From: Squalus acanthias
Lineage: Eukaryota
Direction: 5' to 3'
Assembly: GCA_030390025.1 (NCBI GenBank)
Contig: CM059432.1
Location: 19,098,001 to 19,162,000 of the forward strand
DNA: 64,000 nt
Shown here: one piece after another, positions 27,408-39,392 of the stretch
Numbering within the stretch: position 1 is the stretch's first letter
Layout of the letters: each line of letters opens with the position of its first letter
Translations under genes and position numbers: made by a program
Notes under the pieces: model-generated
The model's input: the letters and a program-made list of their open reading frames with translations, nothing else
Databases searched by the model: none
Told to the model about the DNA's origin: nothing

Positions 27408-27651
27408 CACGCTACAGAACGTGACTCGACATCGCTGTCTGTTTTTCCAGTTTTTAAAAAATAAAAAAAATAAAAAGTTAAAAGCTTAACTGCAGACGGC
27501 AGCATTTGACACGTTGGACCCCCTGTTACCCACTTAGCTGTACTCTGATGTGTCTTTGATGTGTCCCTGATGGATTGTATCTCTACAGACACATTGTTCT
27601 CTGTCTCTATATACTGTGTAATCGATTTGTATTCCCTCACTGTACCTGTAC

Positions 27652-27682
27652 CTGAAGAAGGAGCAGAGCTCCGAAACTCGTA
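27652..27682 (+). ncRNA. Minimal hammerhead ribozyme motif in Penelope pLTR
   Basis: CTGAAGA-a-ggagc aga gctcc-GAAA-ctc-GTA. Confidence 0.65.
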
Positions 27683-28789
27683 ATTTCAAATAAAACTGTT
27701 GGACTATAACCTGGTGTTGTGCGACTTCTCATTTTTGTCCTTTATTTAAATTCAGGACCCTAGTCTCTGAGTCAACTATTTCATTCTCCATCTTAATGAA
27801 GAATTCTATCATATTATGATCGCTCCGCCCCAAGGGGCCCCGCACAACAAGATTGCTAATTAATCCTTTCTCGTTACATAATACCCAGTCTTAGATAGCC
27901 TGGTCTCTAGTTGGTTCCTTGACATATTGGTCCAGGAAACCATCCCGTATACACTCCAGGAATTCCTCCTCCACAGTATTGTTACTAATTTGGTTAGCCC
28001 AATCTATATGTAGATTAAAGTCACCCATGATAACTGCTGTGCCCTTATTGCACGCGTCTCTAATTTCCTGTTTAATGCCATCCCCTACAATATACTATAT
28101 ATTCACAAATTTGTCTTGTATTAAAAAGCTGTTGACTTTTTCCATCAATGTTAATCTGACAATTACCTCTTGGTTGAACTGGTGACACAAGTGCCTTTAG
28201 ATTTGAACAAATTACCTCAAGGTAGAGTCTGAGTTTGCTTGCACATTTTCCTCTGTAGTGAGTTTTCCTTTATCCGGTCCTGGGCTGTTTGAACAGAATG
28301 TTGAGAGAGAGGACAGAAGAGAAGTTGGGTGGGTGTGCGGGGGGCAATTTTTAACTACCGGATATCCGTTTGTCACCTGACAAACAGGCAGCCCTCAATT
28401 GAGGGGCACCTTGATCGCTCAAGTCCCACATGATACAATATTCCGGTAGGCCTGTCATTGGCCGAGCAGCCTGCCCACCTGAGACAGATAGTAGACTGCT
28501 TAAATATGCAAATTGGGGTCCTACGCAGGTTTTAGGACCTCGTTGCAATTTTTAGGTACAAACGGGAGCACTCTGGGAGACAATACATTTGAAACTGGGA
28601 ATTTAAAGTGTGGGGATTCACAGGCGTGTACCTAACTACTGCTATTCAATATCATGTACCTTAGAATCCCAGCACCTCTCTACTTTTATTATTCTCCCAC
28701 ACCATCTCTTTGGACTCACAGTCCCCTAATGAAGTGGGCACATAAAAACCTACTCCGAGGTTTTTATCAGTGCTGTTCTTGGTTTGTCT

Positions 28790-29250
28790 ACATCAGTGAG
28801 AGACATCTTGGGGAGATTTTCAAGTAGCATCCAAAAAGAACCCGAGAATGGGGATGGTCGATGGCTGAGCCAGGAATGGAGCTGGACGATGTTGCAGAGG
28901 CGGAAGTAGGTGGTGTTTGTGATGGAAAGGATATGGTGTGGGCACCTCAGCTCAGGGTTGAATAGGATGCTGAGATAGTGAATAGTCTAGTTCAACCTGA
29001 GACAGTGGCCGGAGGGGGAATGGAATCAGTGACAAAGGTATGGAGATTGTGGGGGTGTGGGGGTGTGGGGGGTGGGGGGGGGGGCGCGGGTGGGGGCAAA
29101 GAAGATGCTTCAGTCTTCCAAATGTTTAACTGGAAGAAATTGCAGCTCATCCAAGACTGGATGCCGGACCAGCAGGCTAACAACACAAAGGCAATGGAAA
29201 GGTTAAGAGAAGACGGTGGAGAGGTAGCGCTGCACTTGTACATGTGGAAC
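28790..29250 (-). mobile_element. Old L2-like LINE fragment
   Basis: IQSWMSCNFFQLNIWKTEA resembles the L2 WM..NFL.LN..KTE motif. Confidence 0.6.
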
Positions 29251-29524
29251 CTCAGAGATCAATGGGGACTCAAAGCCAGGGGTTATCCAGGGATCGTCCT
29301 GGAGTAGTGAATGGTTTTGTCAAAGGGATCGAGGTACTTGATGTGCTCCAGCCAGATCTGGTGATGGATAGCTAAGAACCTGTGAGCTAGATACCCTCAG
29401 GACTGCACCACTAGAGTTGAGAGAACATAGATGGGGTCCACACCAGGGGAAATGACCAGATGGGAGAAAGTAAAAGTTTTACTGTGTATCAAAACTGAAG
29501 GAGAGGGAGTGGTCGAGCAGATCG

Positions 29525-30913
29525 AGAGATTTGAACAAATATTTTGTATCGGTCTGCACGGTAGAAGACACCAAATGCATCCCAATAATAATTGATAATC
29601 AAGGGGCTATAGGGAGGGAGGAACTTAAAACAATCACTATCATTAGAGAAAAAGTACCAGGCAAACTAATGGGACTAAAGGCTGATAAGTCCCCTGGACC
29701 TGATGGCCTGCATCCTAAGGTCTTAAAAGAAATAGTCTACATGGACTTCAGTAAGGCTTTTGACAAAGTCCCGCATGGGAGACTGGTCAAGAAGGTAAGA
29801 GCCCATGGGATCCAGGGCAATTTGGCACATTGGATCCAAAATTGGCTTAGTGGCAGGAGGCAGAGGGTGATGGTCGAAGGTTGTTTTTGTGACTGGAAGC
29901 CTGTGTCCAGTGGTGTACCGCAGGGATCGGTGCTGGGTCCTTTTCTGTTTGTAGTGTACATTAATGATTTAGATATGAATGTAGGAGGTATGGTCAGTAA
30001 GTTCGCAGATGACATGAAAATTGGTGGAGTGGTAAATAGTGAGGAGGGAAGCCTCAGGCTACAGGACGATATAGATGGGTTAGTCAGATGGGCAGAACAG
30101 TGGCAAATGGAATTTAACCCTGAAAAGTGTGAGGTGATGCATTTTGGGATGACTAACAAGACAAGGGAATACACAATGAATGGTAGGACCCTAGGAAGGA
30201 TAGAGGATCAGAGGGACCTTGGTGTGCATGTACATAGATCCCTGAAGGCAGCAGGACAGGTAGATAAGGTGGTTAAAAAGGCATATGGAATACTTGCCTT
30301 CATTAGTCGAGGCATAGAATATAAGAGCAGGGAGGTTATGATGGAGCTGTACAAAACGTTAGTTAGGCCACAGCTGGAATACTGTGTGCAGTTCTGGTCG
30401 CCACACTATAGGAAGGATGTGATTGCATTGGAGAGGGTGCAGAGGAGATTCACCAGGATGTTACCTGGGCTGGAGCGCTTCAGCTATGAAGAGAGACTGG
30501 ACAGGCTGGGGTTGTTTTCCTTAGAGCAGAGAAGGCTGAGGGGGGACCTGATTGAGGTGTACGAAATTATGAGGGGCATAGATAGGGTAGATAGAAAGGA
30601 ACTTTTCCCCTTAGTAGAGGGGTCAATAACCAGGGGGCATAGTTTCAAGGTAAGGGGCAGGAGGTTTAGAGGGGATTTGAGGAAAAACATTTTCACCCAG
30701 AGGGTGGTTGGAATCTGGAACTCACTGCCTGAAAGGGTGGTAGAGGCAGGAACCCTCATAACATTCAAGAAGCATTTAGATGAGCACTTGAAACACCATA
30801 GCATACAAGGCTATGGACCAAGTGCTGGAAAATGGGATTAGAATAGATAGGGCTTGATGGCCGGCGTGGACACGATGGGCTGAAGGGCCTCTTTCTGTGC
30901 TGTATAACTCTAT
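29525..30913 (+). mobile_element. CR1 LINE RT with internal deletion and intact 3' end
   Basis: The 436-aa ORF 29531-30841 joins PGPDGLHPKVLKEI directly to VYMDFSKAFD; also GVPQGSVLGP and FADD. The tail is ataactctat. Confidence 0.92.
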
Positions 30914-31541
30914 GGGGTAAAAATTCAGTTGGTTGCGCCTCCCGTTAGCGCCTTAAGAAGGCGCTAATGGGGCGCTAAGCCGCTAACGCCTGGGCGCAGC
31001 GATGTTTGCGCTGCTCGAGAACTTAACTAGAGATTGTGCGGCGGCGCTAAAACTTACCGCTGCGACCACCTGCGCGCGCAGATTGTGACGTCATTCTGTG
31101 GTGCAACGCCCTTGGGGCGCCCCGGAGCGGAAATTGAGTGGCGCCCCCTGCCTTACCGCCTGGCGCTTCCAACGACCGGAAGACTGGAACGTTATCAATC
31201 GTTCTGGGGCTGGGGGGGGCGCTATTTAAAGGGGGCCTCTTCCTGTCTTTTTCTGTGGTCGACATTTTTGCACCACTCGTTCTGAGAGAGAGAGAGAGAT
31301 TCGGAGAGAGAGAAAGAGAGACTTCTGCTTTGAGTCAACGCTTTGTGAGGTAGTTTTGCCTACTGATCCTAACTTCGCTGGTACTTTGGTTGCTGTCCTT
31401 CATAACTTTGCTTGCAAAGAGACTATGGGGGCTGCACTGATTGGGGGCGTCGTCCTGCTCCAGCTGAATCGGAGGACACAGAGACGCAGAGAGAGAGTGG
31501 CAATGATGGCCCCAAACAGGGCGCGACCTAATTTTTCCCCC
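30914..31541. mobile_element. Deletion derivative of the adjacent Harbinger, inverted orientation
   Basis: 30914-31510 is the reverse complement of ~34468-35066 and 31509-31541 is the reverse complement of 31553-31585. TSD tat/tat. Confidence 0.88.
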
Positions 31542-31916
31542 TATGACTCTATGGGGGAAAAATTAGGTCGCGCCCCGTTTGGGGCGCAAATATCGTCTGG
31601 ACGCAAATATTAGCGCCTGGCGCTAATTATCGCCACTGACTGGAAACTTCACTTTTACCGCCCCGGGAGGTGAGTGGAGCGCTAAATCAGGCGCTGCACA
31701 CCTGTCTTAAGGCGCAAAGGTCGAGCAGTGAGGCGCCAACTCAGCGCGCGAGCGCAGCGCAGCGCAGCTGCTGCCAGTTAGCGAGGGAACACAGACACAC
31801 TGGCGCCGGCCAGTTCTTAAAGCGGGGGGGGCCAACTTGCTCCCCAGCCACACCCTGCTCATTGCAGCCTTGAATCTCGGCCTGGAGAGACCTGTGAATC
31901 CATTTTGCTGCCAAGG

Positions 31917-33084
31917 ATGGAGAGGGTGAGAGAACGAGCTCATCGCTTCACCGAGCGGGCCTTGGATGCTCTGGTTGGCGCGGTGGAGCGCAGAAGATGT
32001 ATACTCTTCCCTGAGAGTGGCAGGAGGCCTTTGCCACGCGAGTACAGAAGAGTGTGGAGGGAGGTGGCTCAGAGCGTCTCCTCCAGGAGCATGGTGCCCA
32101 GGACCCATGTTCAATGCCACAAAAAGTTCAACGACCTCACTCGGGTCGTCAGGGTGAGTGGCTTTTTCTCAATACCTCTCCATCCCTCCATCTCAACCTC
32201 ACTCTATGGCCAGAGGGTCTTAAAACCACAATGCACAACACTCATCCAACACCTATGGCCCTTTCATGAAAGAAACACACACATTCCACACTTTGCATAC
32301 AGTAAGGGCTATTCACCTATGGGAGGCACATCAGGCAAGACCATGGCTGTATATTTACTCAGATGCTGTCCTTTTTCTTGCAGGCCAAGCTGGCGCATAA
32401 TCGGAGACAGCAGCAATGGACAGGTGGAGGGCGGCCTCAGCTGCAACCCCTCAGCGATCTTGAGGAGCGCGTCCACAGGATTGTGGCAAGCCGGGTGATC
32501 GGTCCCGTCGCCACTGGAGATGCCGACCCCGTTCTGGACAGCAATGGTAAGGTCATCACCTTTTTGTCCTCTGTCCTTCCACTTGTCCCTCACAACACCA
32601 GCCTTTGACACTTTCAATCCAACTTGCTAACTCGCTGCACTTATTCCTCCCTTACTGCCACCCTGTCCTCACGCTAAAGCCACTCTTGTACCTCCCTGCT
32701 TTCAGATGGTGATTCACTGCTCCGGATGCTGAAGTGCTGCCCCGTGGGAGTGCCAGTGTGTCGGGCGAGCAGGGAGTTGCTGTCCTCTCTCACGATGACA
32801 GCATTCCTGCTGCCAACACTGTCACTTCTCCACTGCACTTGCCACCGCCTGTAGGACAGACTGCTGCCGCCCATGCAGAGTTGGTGCAGTCTGCAGCCGG
32901 GCCCTCCAGGCCCAGAACTGGTCGAGGCCGTCCTTCAGGGGCATCTGCAGTGTCAGGGTCTGACGATCAGCAGCCTTCCACCAGCCTTGCTGCAGCCACT
33001 GAGGTCCCATTACGGAGGAGCAGTAGGGTTAGAAGGGGGGAAGTGCGCAAGGGAAGGAGATCACCCTCGAAGGGCAAAAAGTAG
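31917..33084 (+). pseudogene. Harbinger Myb/SANT-like DNA-binding protein (3 exons, last exon out of frame)
   Basis: Exon 1 31917-32153 (RFTERALDALV..W..VA..RT..QC.KKFNDL, then gtgagt). Exon 2 32384-32546 (ttgcag/gtaag; TGGG). Exon 3 starts at 32706. Confidence 0.8.
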
Positions 33085-33395
33085 GAGGTGTGACAAAATG
33101 CTGGTCATTTTTTTATTAAAGGCCGAGGTTTGTGGTCCAACTTTTGTTTAGTGTTTTGGACATTATCTCCAGGTTGTGAGAACCAGTTATGTTATTGACT
33201 GTTTTTTTGTGTTTATTTCTATGAGTTTGTCATGAGGAAATGACACACACAGAGTTTGTAAAATAAATACATTTTGTATTCAAAATATACATGTTTGGTG
33301 TTTGGAATCATTGGTGCCTTGGCCGGCTTAGGGGTTGCGTGCTGGGTTCATTGATGTTGTTAGCAATGGCAGAAGCCATTTCCACAGCAGGGGCC

Positions 33396-34553
33396 CTAGA
33401 AGCGGCTTGCTATCAGCCGTTGACGGACGGCCCTTGCAGTTTCACCATTGTGGGCCGCCCTCCCGCCTTGGTGCTGCTGATGATCATCCTCCTCATCCTC
33501 TTCCTCCTCTTCCTCCTCCTCCTCTGGTGATGCTCCAAGGCCTGGTGGCATTGGCTGGGTCCTGACGATTGCCATGTTATGCAACATGCAGCACACAACT
33601 ACGAAGTTGGATACTCGCTCAGGCGAGTACTGCAGGGCTCCTCCAGAATGGTCGAGACAGCGGAACCGTTGCTTCAGCACGCCGATTGTGCGCTCAATGA
33701 TGTTCCTGGTAGCTTGATGGCTCTCATTGTACCGCAGCTCAGCAGGGGTGTTGGGCGTACGGAAGGTGTCATCAGCCAGGTGCTCAATGGATACCCCTTG
33801 TCCCCGAGACGCCAACCAACTGACTTATGCGGTGCCTCGAAAAGTTCTGCCACAGTAGTCTGGCGCAGGATGAAAGCATCGTGGCAGCTGCCAGGATAGT
33901 GGGCATTGACAGCGAGTATCAGCTGTCTGTGGTCACAGACCAACTGAACATTCAAGGAATGGAACCCCTTTCTGTTCCGGAATTCCTCGGCATTCTCATG
34001 TGGAGCACGCAAAGCCACATGCGTGCAGTCAATGGCGCCCTGCACCATGGGGAAGCCCGCTATCCTCGCAAAGCCCAGAGCGCGGTCACGCTGCTTGTCT
34101 GGGGTCATGGGGAAGAGATGAACTCTCGTCTCCTTTTAAGAGGGCATTTGTGACCTGCCGGATGCAGCAATGCACCGCGAACTGGGAGATATTGGCGAGG
34201 TCCCCAGCAGCAGCTTGAAATGAGCCAGTAGCATAGAAGTTGAGAGCCACTGTGACCTTCACTGCCACCGACAGAGACGTCCTGGACCTCAGTTTAGGCT
34301 GCAGATCTGGCTGCAGCAGGTGGCAGAGCTCAGTGACCACCTCCTTGCTGAATCGCAGCCTTTGCAAACACAGCTCCTCAGACATATGAAGGTAGGAGAG
34401 CTGTTCACGATATACCCTGGGAGGGTAAGCTCTCCTGTACATACGCCTGTTGGCCCTCCTCCGTCTGGCCATCATTGCCACTCTCTCTCTGTGTCTCTGT
34501 GTCCTCCAAGTCAGCTGGAGCAGGACGACGCCCCCAATCAGTGCAGCCCCCAT
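33396..34553 (-). pseudogene. Harbinger DDE transposase (HARBI1-like), two frameshifts
   Basis: GAIDCTHV, RNRKGFHSLNVQLVCD, PGSCHDAFIL, GDKGYP and RNIIERTIGVLKQRFRCL spread over three frames. Confidence 0.92.
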
Positions 34554-35076
34554 AGTCTCTTTGCAAGCAAAGTTATGAAGGATAGCAACCAAAGTACCAG
34601 CGAAGTTAGGATCAGTAGGCAAAACTATCTCACAAAGCGTTGACTCAATGCAGAAGTCTCTCTTTCTCTCTCTCCGAATCTCTCTCTCTCTCTCAGAACG
34701 AGTGGTGCAAAAATGTCAACCACAGAAAAAGACAGGAAGAGGCCCCCTTTAAATAGCGCCCCCCCCCCAGCCCCACAGCGATTGATAGCGTTCCAGTCTT
34801 CCGGTCGTTGGATGCGCCAGGCGGTAAGGCAGGGGGCGCCACTCAATTTCCGCTCCGGGGCGCCACAAGGGCGTTGCACCATGGAATGACGTCACAATCT
34901 GCTCGCGCAGGTGGTCGCAGCGGTAAAGTTTAGCGCCGCCGCACAATGTCTAGGTAAGTTCCCGAGCGGCGCAAACATCGCTGCGCCCGGGCGTTAGCGG
35001 CTTTGCGCCCCATTAGCGCCCTCTTAAGGCGCTAACGGGAGGCGCAACCAACTGAATTTTTACCCCTGTGACTCTA

Positions 35077-37770
35077 TAAGTGGCTGCAGAGATAGTGGAT
35101 ACATTGGTTGTAATCTACCAAAATTCCCTGGATTCTGGAGAGGTCCCAGTGGATTGGAAAACTGCAAATGTAACTCCCCTATTCGAGAAAGGAAGAAGAC
35201 AGAAAGCAGGAAACTATAGGTCAGTTAGCCTGACATCTGTCCTGAGAAAATGCTGGAATACATTATTAAGGAAGTAATAACAGAACATTTAGAAAATCAT
35301 AATACAATCAAGCAGCGTCAACATGGTTTTAAGAAAGGGAAATTGTGTTTGACAAATTTACGAGAGTTCTTTGAGGATGTAATGAGCAGGGTGGATAAAG
35401 GGGAACCAGTAGATGTAGTGTATTTGGAATTTCAGAAGGCATTCAATAAGGTGCCACATAAAAGGTCACGGAACAAGATAAGAGCTCACGGGGTTGGGGG
35501 TAATATATTAGCATGGATAGAGGATTGGCTAACTACAGAAAACAGAGAGTTGGGATAAATGGGTCATTTTCAGGTTGGCAAACTGTAACTGGTGGGGTGC
35601 CACAGGGATCAGTGCTGGGGCCTCAACTATTTACAATCTATTTAATGACTTGGATGAAGGGGCTGAGTGTACTGTAGCCAAATTTGCTGATGATACAAAG
35701 ATAGGTGGGAAAGCAAATTGTGAGGAGGACACAAAGAGTCTGCAAAGGGATATAGATAGGTTAAATTGAAAGGATATTTACTAGTCCTAGCCCCTTTAGG
35801 GCTACCCCGGATCAGGCGTATTTCTCAGACGTTCACTTTCAACTAAAGTTTGAGGTAGCCGAATCCTAAAGACACTTAATTTGGTCTAAAGGTCTGGGTT
35901 ATCTCTTCCTAAAGGAAAGGAATGACCCGAGAATGTTACCATCCTCCAGATAGCGCTTTTAATAAGTTTAGCTAGACTGTAACATCCTGGATATTATGAG
36001 GGTCCGGTAAACTCCCTCAGAATTCTGCAACTCCTCACCAAAGAGTGTACAGAGATTGAGTTCGCGAGTTTTTGATACAGAAGTCTTATGTGAGACAATT
36101 CTAAAAATATATAGATTTATTAAAGAACTGACATGCAATCTACAGTTGGTGAATCAGTCAATCGCAACTTTAACAGTTCTAAAAAGAGAAAACATACTAT
36201 CTTTTTAACAGAGAATCTTACTTTTAAATCTTAACTTCGCTACAGTATTACACTTCTTAAAGTTCTCTATACAGGATAGCCATCAATATTAAATACCTTT
36301 GATTCCCGAGGTACAAAGAGTGGTGGACTACAGAGCCGCCTCTGAAGCTGAGAATTGCTTTGCCTGATTAAAGCGAGTCTGATATTCCATTTGAGAGTTC
36401 AATATTTATACCCTTTTCCAGTGGTATCTGCTTTAAGATTTTCTGCTGATGCAAGTTAATTATACCTAGTCATTTTTCTGCCAACCTCTACAATTCGTAC
36501 TGCCACATCAGCTGGTAGCATTACAGAATCTTGTCTCATCTCTGGGTGCTCTAGGGTCACCATATAAAAACGGTGTGATGGCAGGTGTTCCTTACTTTAT
36601 GTCATCTTTACAAGGGCAGATGTTCCTTATCTTATGTGCCATCTTTACGAAGTTTAAATTAGAACACCTTATCCAGGGTGAAGCATTGTTTTGTTCCCAA
36701 AAGGTCAGCTTGTTGGAGCCATGCACCTTCTGTTTCAATAAGGTTATTTATTCAGGGTCAACAAGTGTCTTATCTCAATACCCAGAATGCTTTCATAGCT
36801 ATTTCATAATTAGGTTTCTAAATTTCCAAACCCAGTTTGTCATGTTTTAATAAGGCCAGAATTCTTTCATAAGATAGTGTATTTTTCTGAATAGGTTATA
36901 TGGCTTATTCCTTCACAAAATGAGTGGGCAAAAATTTGGCAGATGGAGTATAATGTGGGAAAATGTGAGGTTATCCACTTTGGTAGGAAGAATAAAAAGC
37001 AAATTATTATTTAAATGGAGAGCGACTACAAAATGCTGTAGTACAGAGGAATCTGGGGGTCCTCGTGCATGAAACACAAAAAGTTAGCATGCAGGTACAG
37101 CAAGTAATTAGGAAGGCAAATGGAATGTTGGCCTTTATTGCAAGGGAGATGGAGTATAAAAATAGGGAAGTCTTGCTACAACTGTACAGGGCATTGGTGA
37201 GACCACATCTGGAATACTGTGTGCAGTTTTGGTCTCCTTATTTAAGGAGGGATATACTTACATTGGAGGCAGTTCAGAGAAGGTTCACGAGGTTGATTCC
37301 TGAGATGAAGGGGTTGTCTTATGAAGAAAGGTTGAGCAGGTTGGGCCTATACTCATTGGAATTTAGAAGAATGAGCGGTGATTGTATTGAAACATATAAG
37401 ATTCTGAGGGGGCTTGACAGGGTAGATGCAGGGAGGATGTTTCCCCTTGTGGGGGAATCTAGAACTAGGGGGCATAGTTTCAGAATAAGGGGTCGCCCAT
37501 TTAAAACGGAGATGAGGAGGAATTTCTTCTCTCTGAAGGACATGAATCTTTGGAATTCTCTACCCCTGAGAGCTGTGGAGGCGGAGTCATTGAATATATT
37601 CAAGGGGGAGATAGACATATATTTGAGCTACAGGGGAGTCGATGGGTTATGGGGAGCGGGCAGGAAAGTGGAGTTGAGGCCAAGATCAGATCAGCTATGA
37701 TTATATTGAATGGCGGAGCAGGCTTGAGGGGCCGAATGGCCTACTCCTGCTCCTATTTCTTATGTTCTTA
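35077..37770 (+). mobile_element. CR1 LINE RT, split by a solo LTR
   Basis: ORFs 35080, 35250, 35575 and 37065. DIDRLN at 35766 resumes as EWAK at 36922. Confidence 0.9.
35767..36917 (-). mobile_element. Solo LTR (1151 bp)
   Basis: TG...CA ends (tgaaagga / tccttcaca), TSD aaat, minus-strand TATA near 36408 and AATAAA near 36119. Confidence 0.8.
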
Positions 37771-38298
37771 TGTGGAAGGATTGTGGTGAATGAAGGACCA
37801 AAGGCTATGCAGTTGGCAGCTCGAAAGTTAAATTATAAGTCACTATGGGGAAGGGTTTTTTTCAGTTTCAGATGCAGAAGGAATTATAAAGCAACATTGG
37901 CAGGGATCGGGAAACTCTTCCAGTTGGAGAATGGCCCATGGTATGGGTTAACCTGAAGAGGTGAAGAAAAAACTTTTAAAAAGGGTGCAAAATTAAATAT
38001 ATCTAAAAAATGAATAGTGCAGAAAAATTAACATTCTGAAGTATTGTCTGGTATCATCGTAGTATTTTATCAAATTTAGGGTAAAAAATAGCTAACAGTT
38101 TCTTTCTTTCCTCATGTTTTCTACTTAAAGACACCATGTGTAGCGACACACTGTGCACAATTTAAGATGAAATGACTGCAAAATGGTAGTCATTAAACCA
38201 GCAGTAGTCATTGATTACGTGATTGATAGCAGCCTTAGTCATTGCTGCTTAGAGTAAACCCCATTGTTAACCATTTCAACACCATCTCAGTGCACCAG

Positions 38299-38795
38299 TA
38301 AATTACTGAAGTAATGGAATGTTGTGTTAAGTAAACCCAGAGATAGTAGGAGGCATGGAATTCGGTAATGTTATGGAAAAGAGATAAGAGTTGGAGACAG
38401 CCTTCATTCAAGAAGCTGCAGAATAGACAAACTGTTTAGAAAACACCTCAAGGATGTTCTGTGAAGCTCACAGCAGAAAAGGGGAGGGAATCATAGACCG
38501 TACTTGTGAAGGTCAGAATGGTGAGATAGCCCAAGCAGCTGCAAGTTGCTATGTATTTTGAAGAAAATAAAAGGTATAAAAGAACAGCTATTGAACACTG
38601 GAAGCAGCACGAAACCAGAGGATGAGAAGCTTCAGTCAATGAACAGACTGTGACTATCTTCTTGTTATGTATCACTTCTTTGTACTGGATGTTTAATGCT
38701 TAATAAACCTGTTTTACTGATACACAATATACCTGTACCCAGAGTGGTTTGTGTAGTCATGGACAAATTATTATAAAGAGCTTTTAAAAGCTACA
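38299..38795 (+). repeat. ERV 5' LTR (5'-truncated, ~64-bp internal deletion)
   Basis: Direct repeat of 49442-50002, roughly 95% identical by eye. TATAAA near 38575, AATAAA near 38702, ends in gctaca. Confidence 0.93.
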
Positions 38796-38797
38796 AT

Positions 38798-38814
38798 TGG
38801 CGCCCAACGTGGGG
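38798..38814 (+). promoter_or_regulatory. Primer binding site, tRNA-Lys1,2 (CUU)
   Basis: TGGCGCCCAACGTGGGG starts 2 nt after the LTR-terminal CA. Confidence 0.92.
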
Positions 38815-39295
38815 AACAAGACATTCAGCAACATTGCAAAAGAAGATAGGGGGCTGGAGTCAGTCACCACTCCCTGTCTTCTCAAAAATGCAGAACCGGC
38901 TAAACAATGAGCTGATTACAAAGCAAAAAGACATCTGTGAGAATTTAGTGTGAAGGTTGTTCTCAGATAAGGATAGCTTGCTTACTAACTGCCACGTAGG
39001 CAAAAGGGAGAAAAAAGGTTCAAACCAAGTTAGAGAACAATCAGGATAAATTAGAAAAAGACAAGCTACGGCTGATAGAAGGGAATGTAACGTTAACGGG
39101 GGTAACAGAAACGTTAACGGGCGAGAAGTCAAAATGGGAAAAAGAGGCTGTAGAGTTAAATAGTAAGAATGAAGTTCGTCAGGGCCGGGTCGGTGCTGCG
39201 ACAGCAATAATGCAGCAACAGAGTATTAATGCAGTTCACGCCAGCGCTGCAATGCAGAACCTTGAGGAGGCTCGGTGTCAGGTAGCCTCCTTAAC

Positions 39296-39392
39296 CTTGT
39301 GATTTCAAATAAAGCTGTTGGAGTATAACCTGGTGTTGTGCGACTTCTCACTTTTGTCCACCCCAGTCCAACACCGGCATCTCCGCATCATT
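39296..39392 (+). mobile_element. Short Penelope pLTR fragment inserted in gag
   Basis: Matches 27680-27740 and 55346-55403; flanked by a cttaac duplication. Confidence 0.8.

Larger units (their letters stand above)
25389..27740 (+). mobile_element. Penelope-like retroelement, 5'-truncated
   Basis: RT and GIY-YIG coding region plus pLTR tail. TCCTTTATTTAA is duplicated at 25377-25388 and 27738-27749. Confidence 0.92.
23185..28090 (-). mobile_element. CR1 LINE ORF2 (5'-truncated, frameshifted), interrupted by a Penelope element
   Basis: ORFs 23469-24623 (NYRPVSLTS, YLDFQKAFD, GVPQGSVLGP, FADD), 24592-24855 and 24840-25364. The endonuclease remnant continues at 27741-28090. Confidence 0.92.
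31553..35066. mobile_element. PIF/Harbinger transposon, near full-length
   Basis: TIRs gggggaaaaatt / aatttttacccc, flanks tat/tgt, convergent Myb-like and DDE transposase genes. Confidence 0.93.

Noticed and set aside
29049..29097. G-rich run with G-quadruplex potential
   Set aside because: Low-complexity expansion inside an old L2 fragment, with no evidence of function.
29531..30841. 436-aa ORF as a functional gene
   Set aside because: 5'-truncated CR1 ORF2 with an internal deletion that removes the early RT motifs.
33396..34622. Domesticated host HARBI1 gene
   Set aside because: Frameshifted, enclosed by TIRs and a TSD, and paired with a Myb-like gene, so it is a transposon copy.
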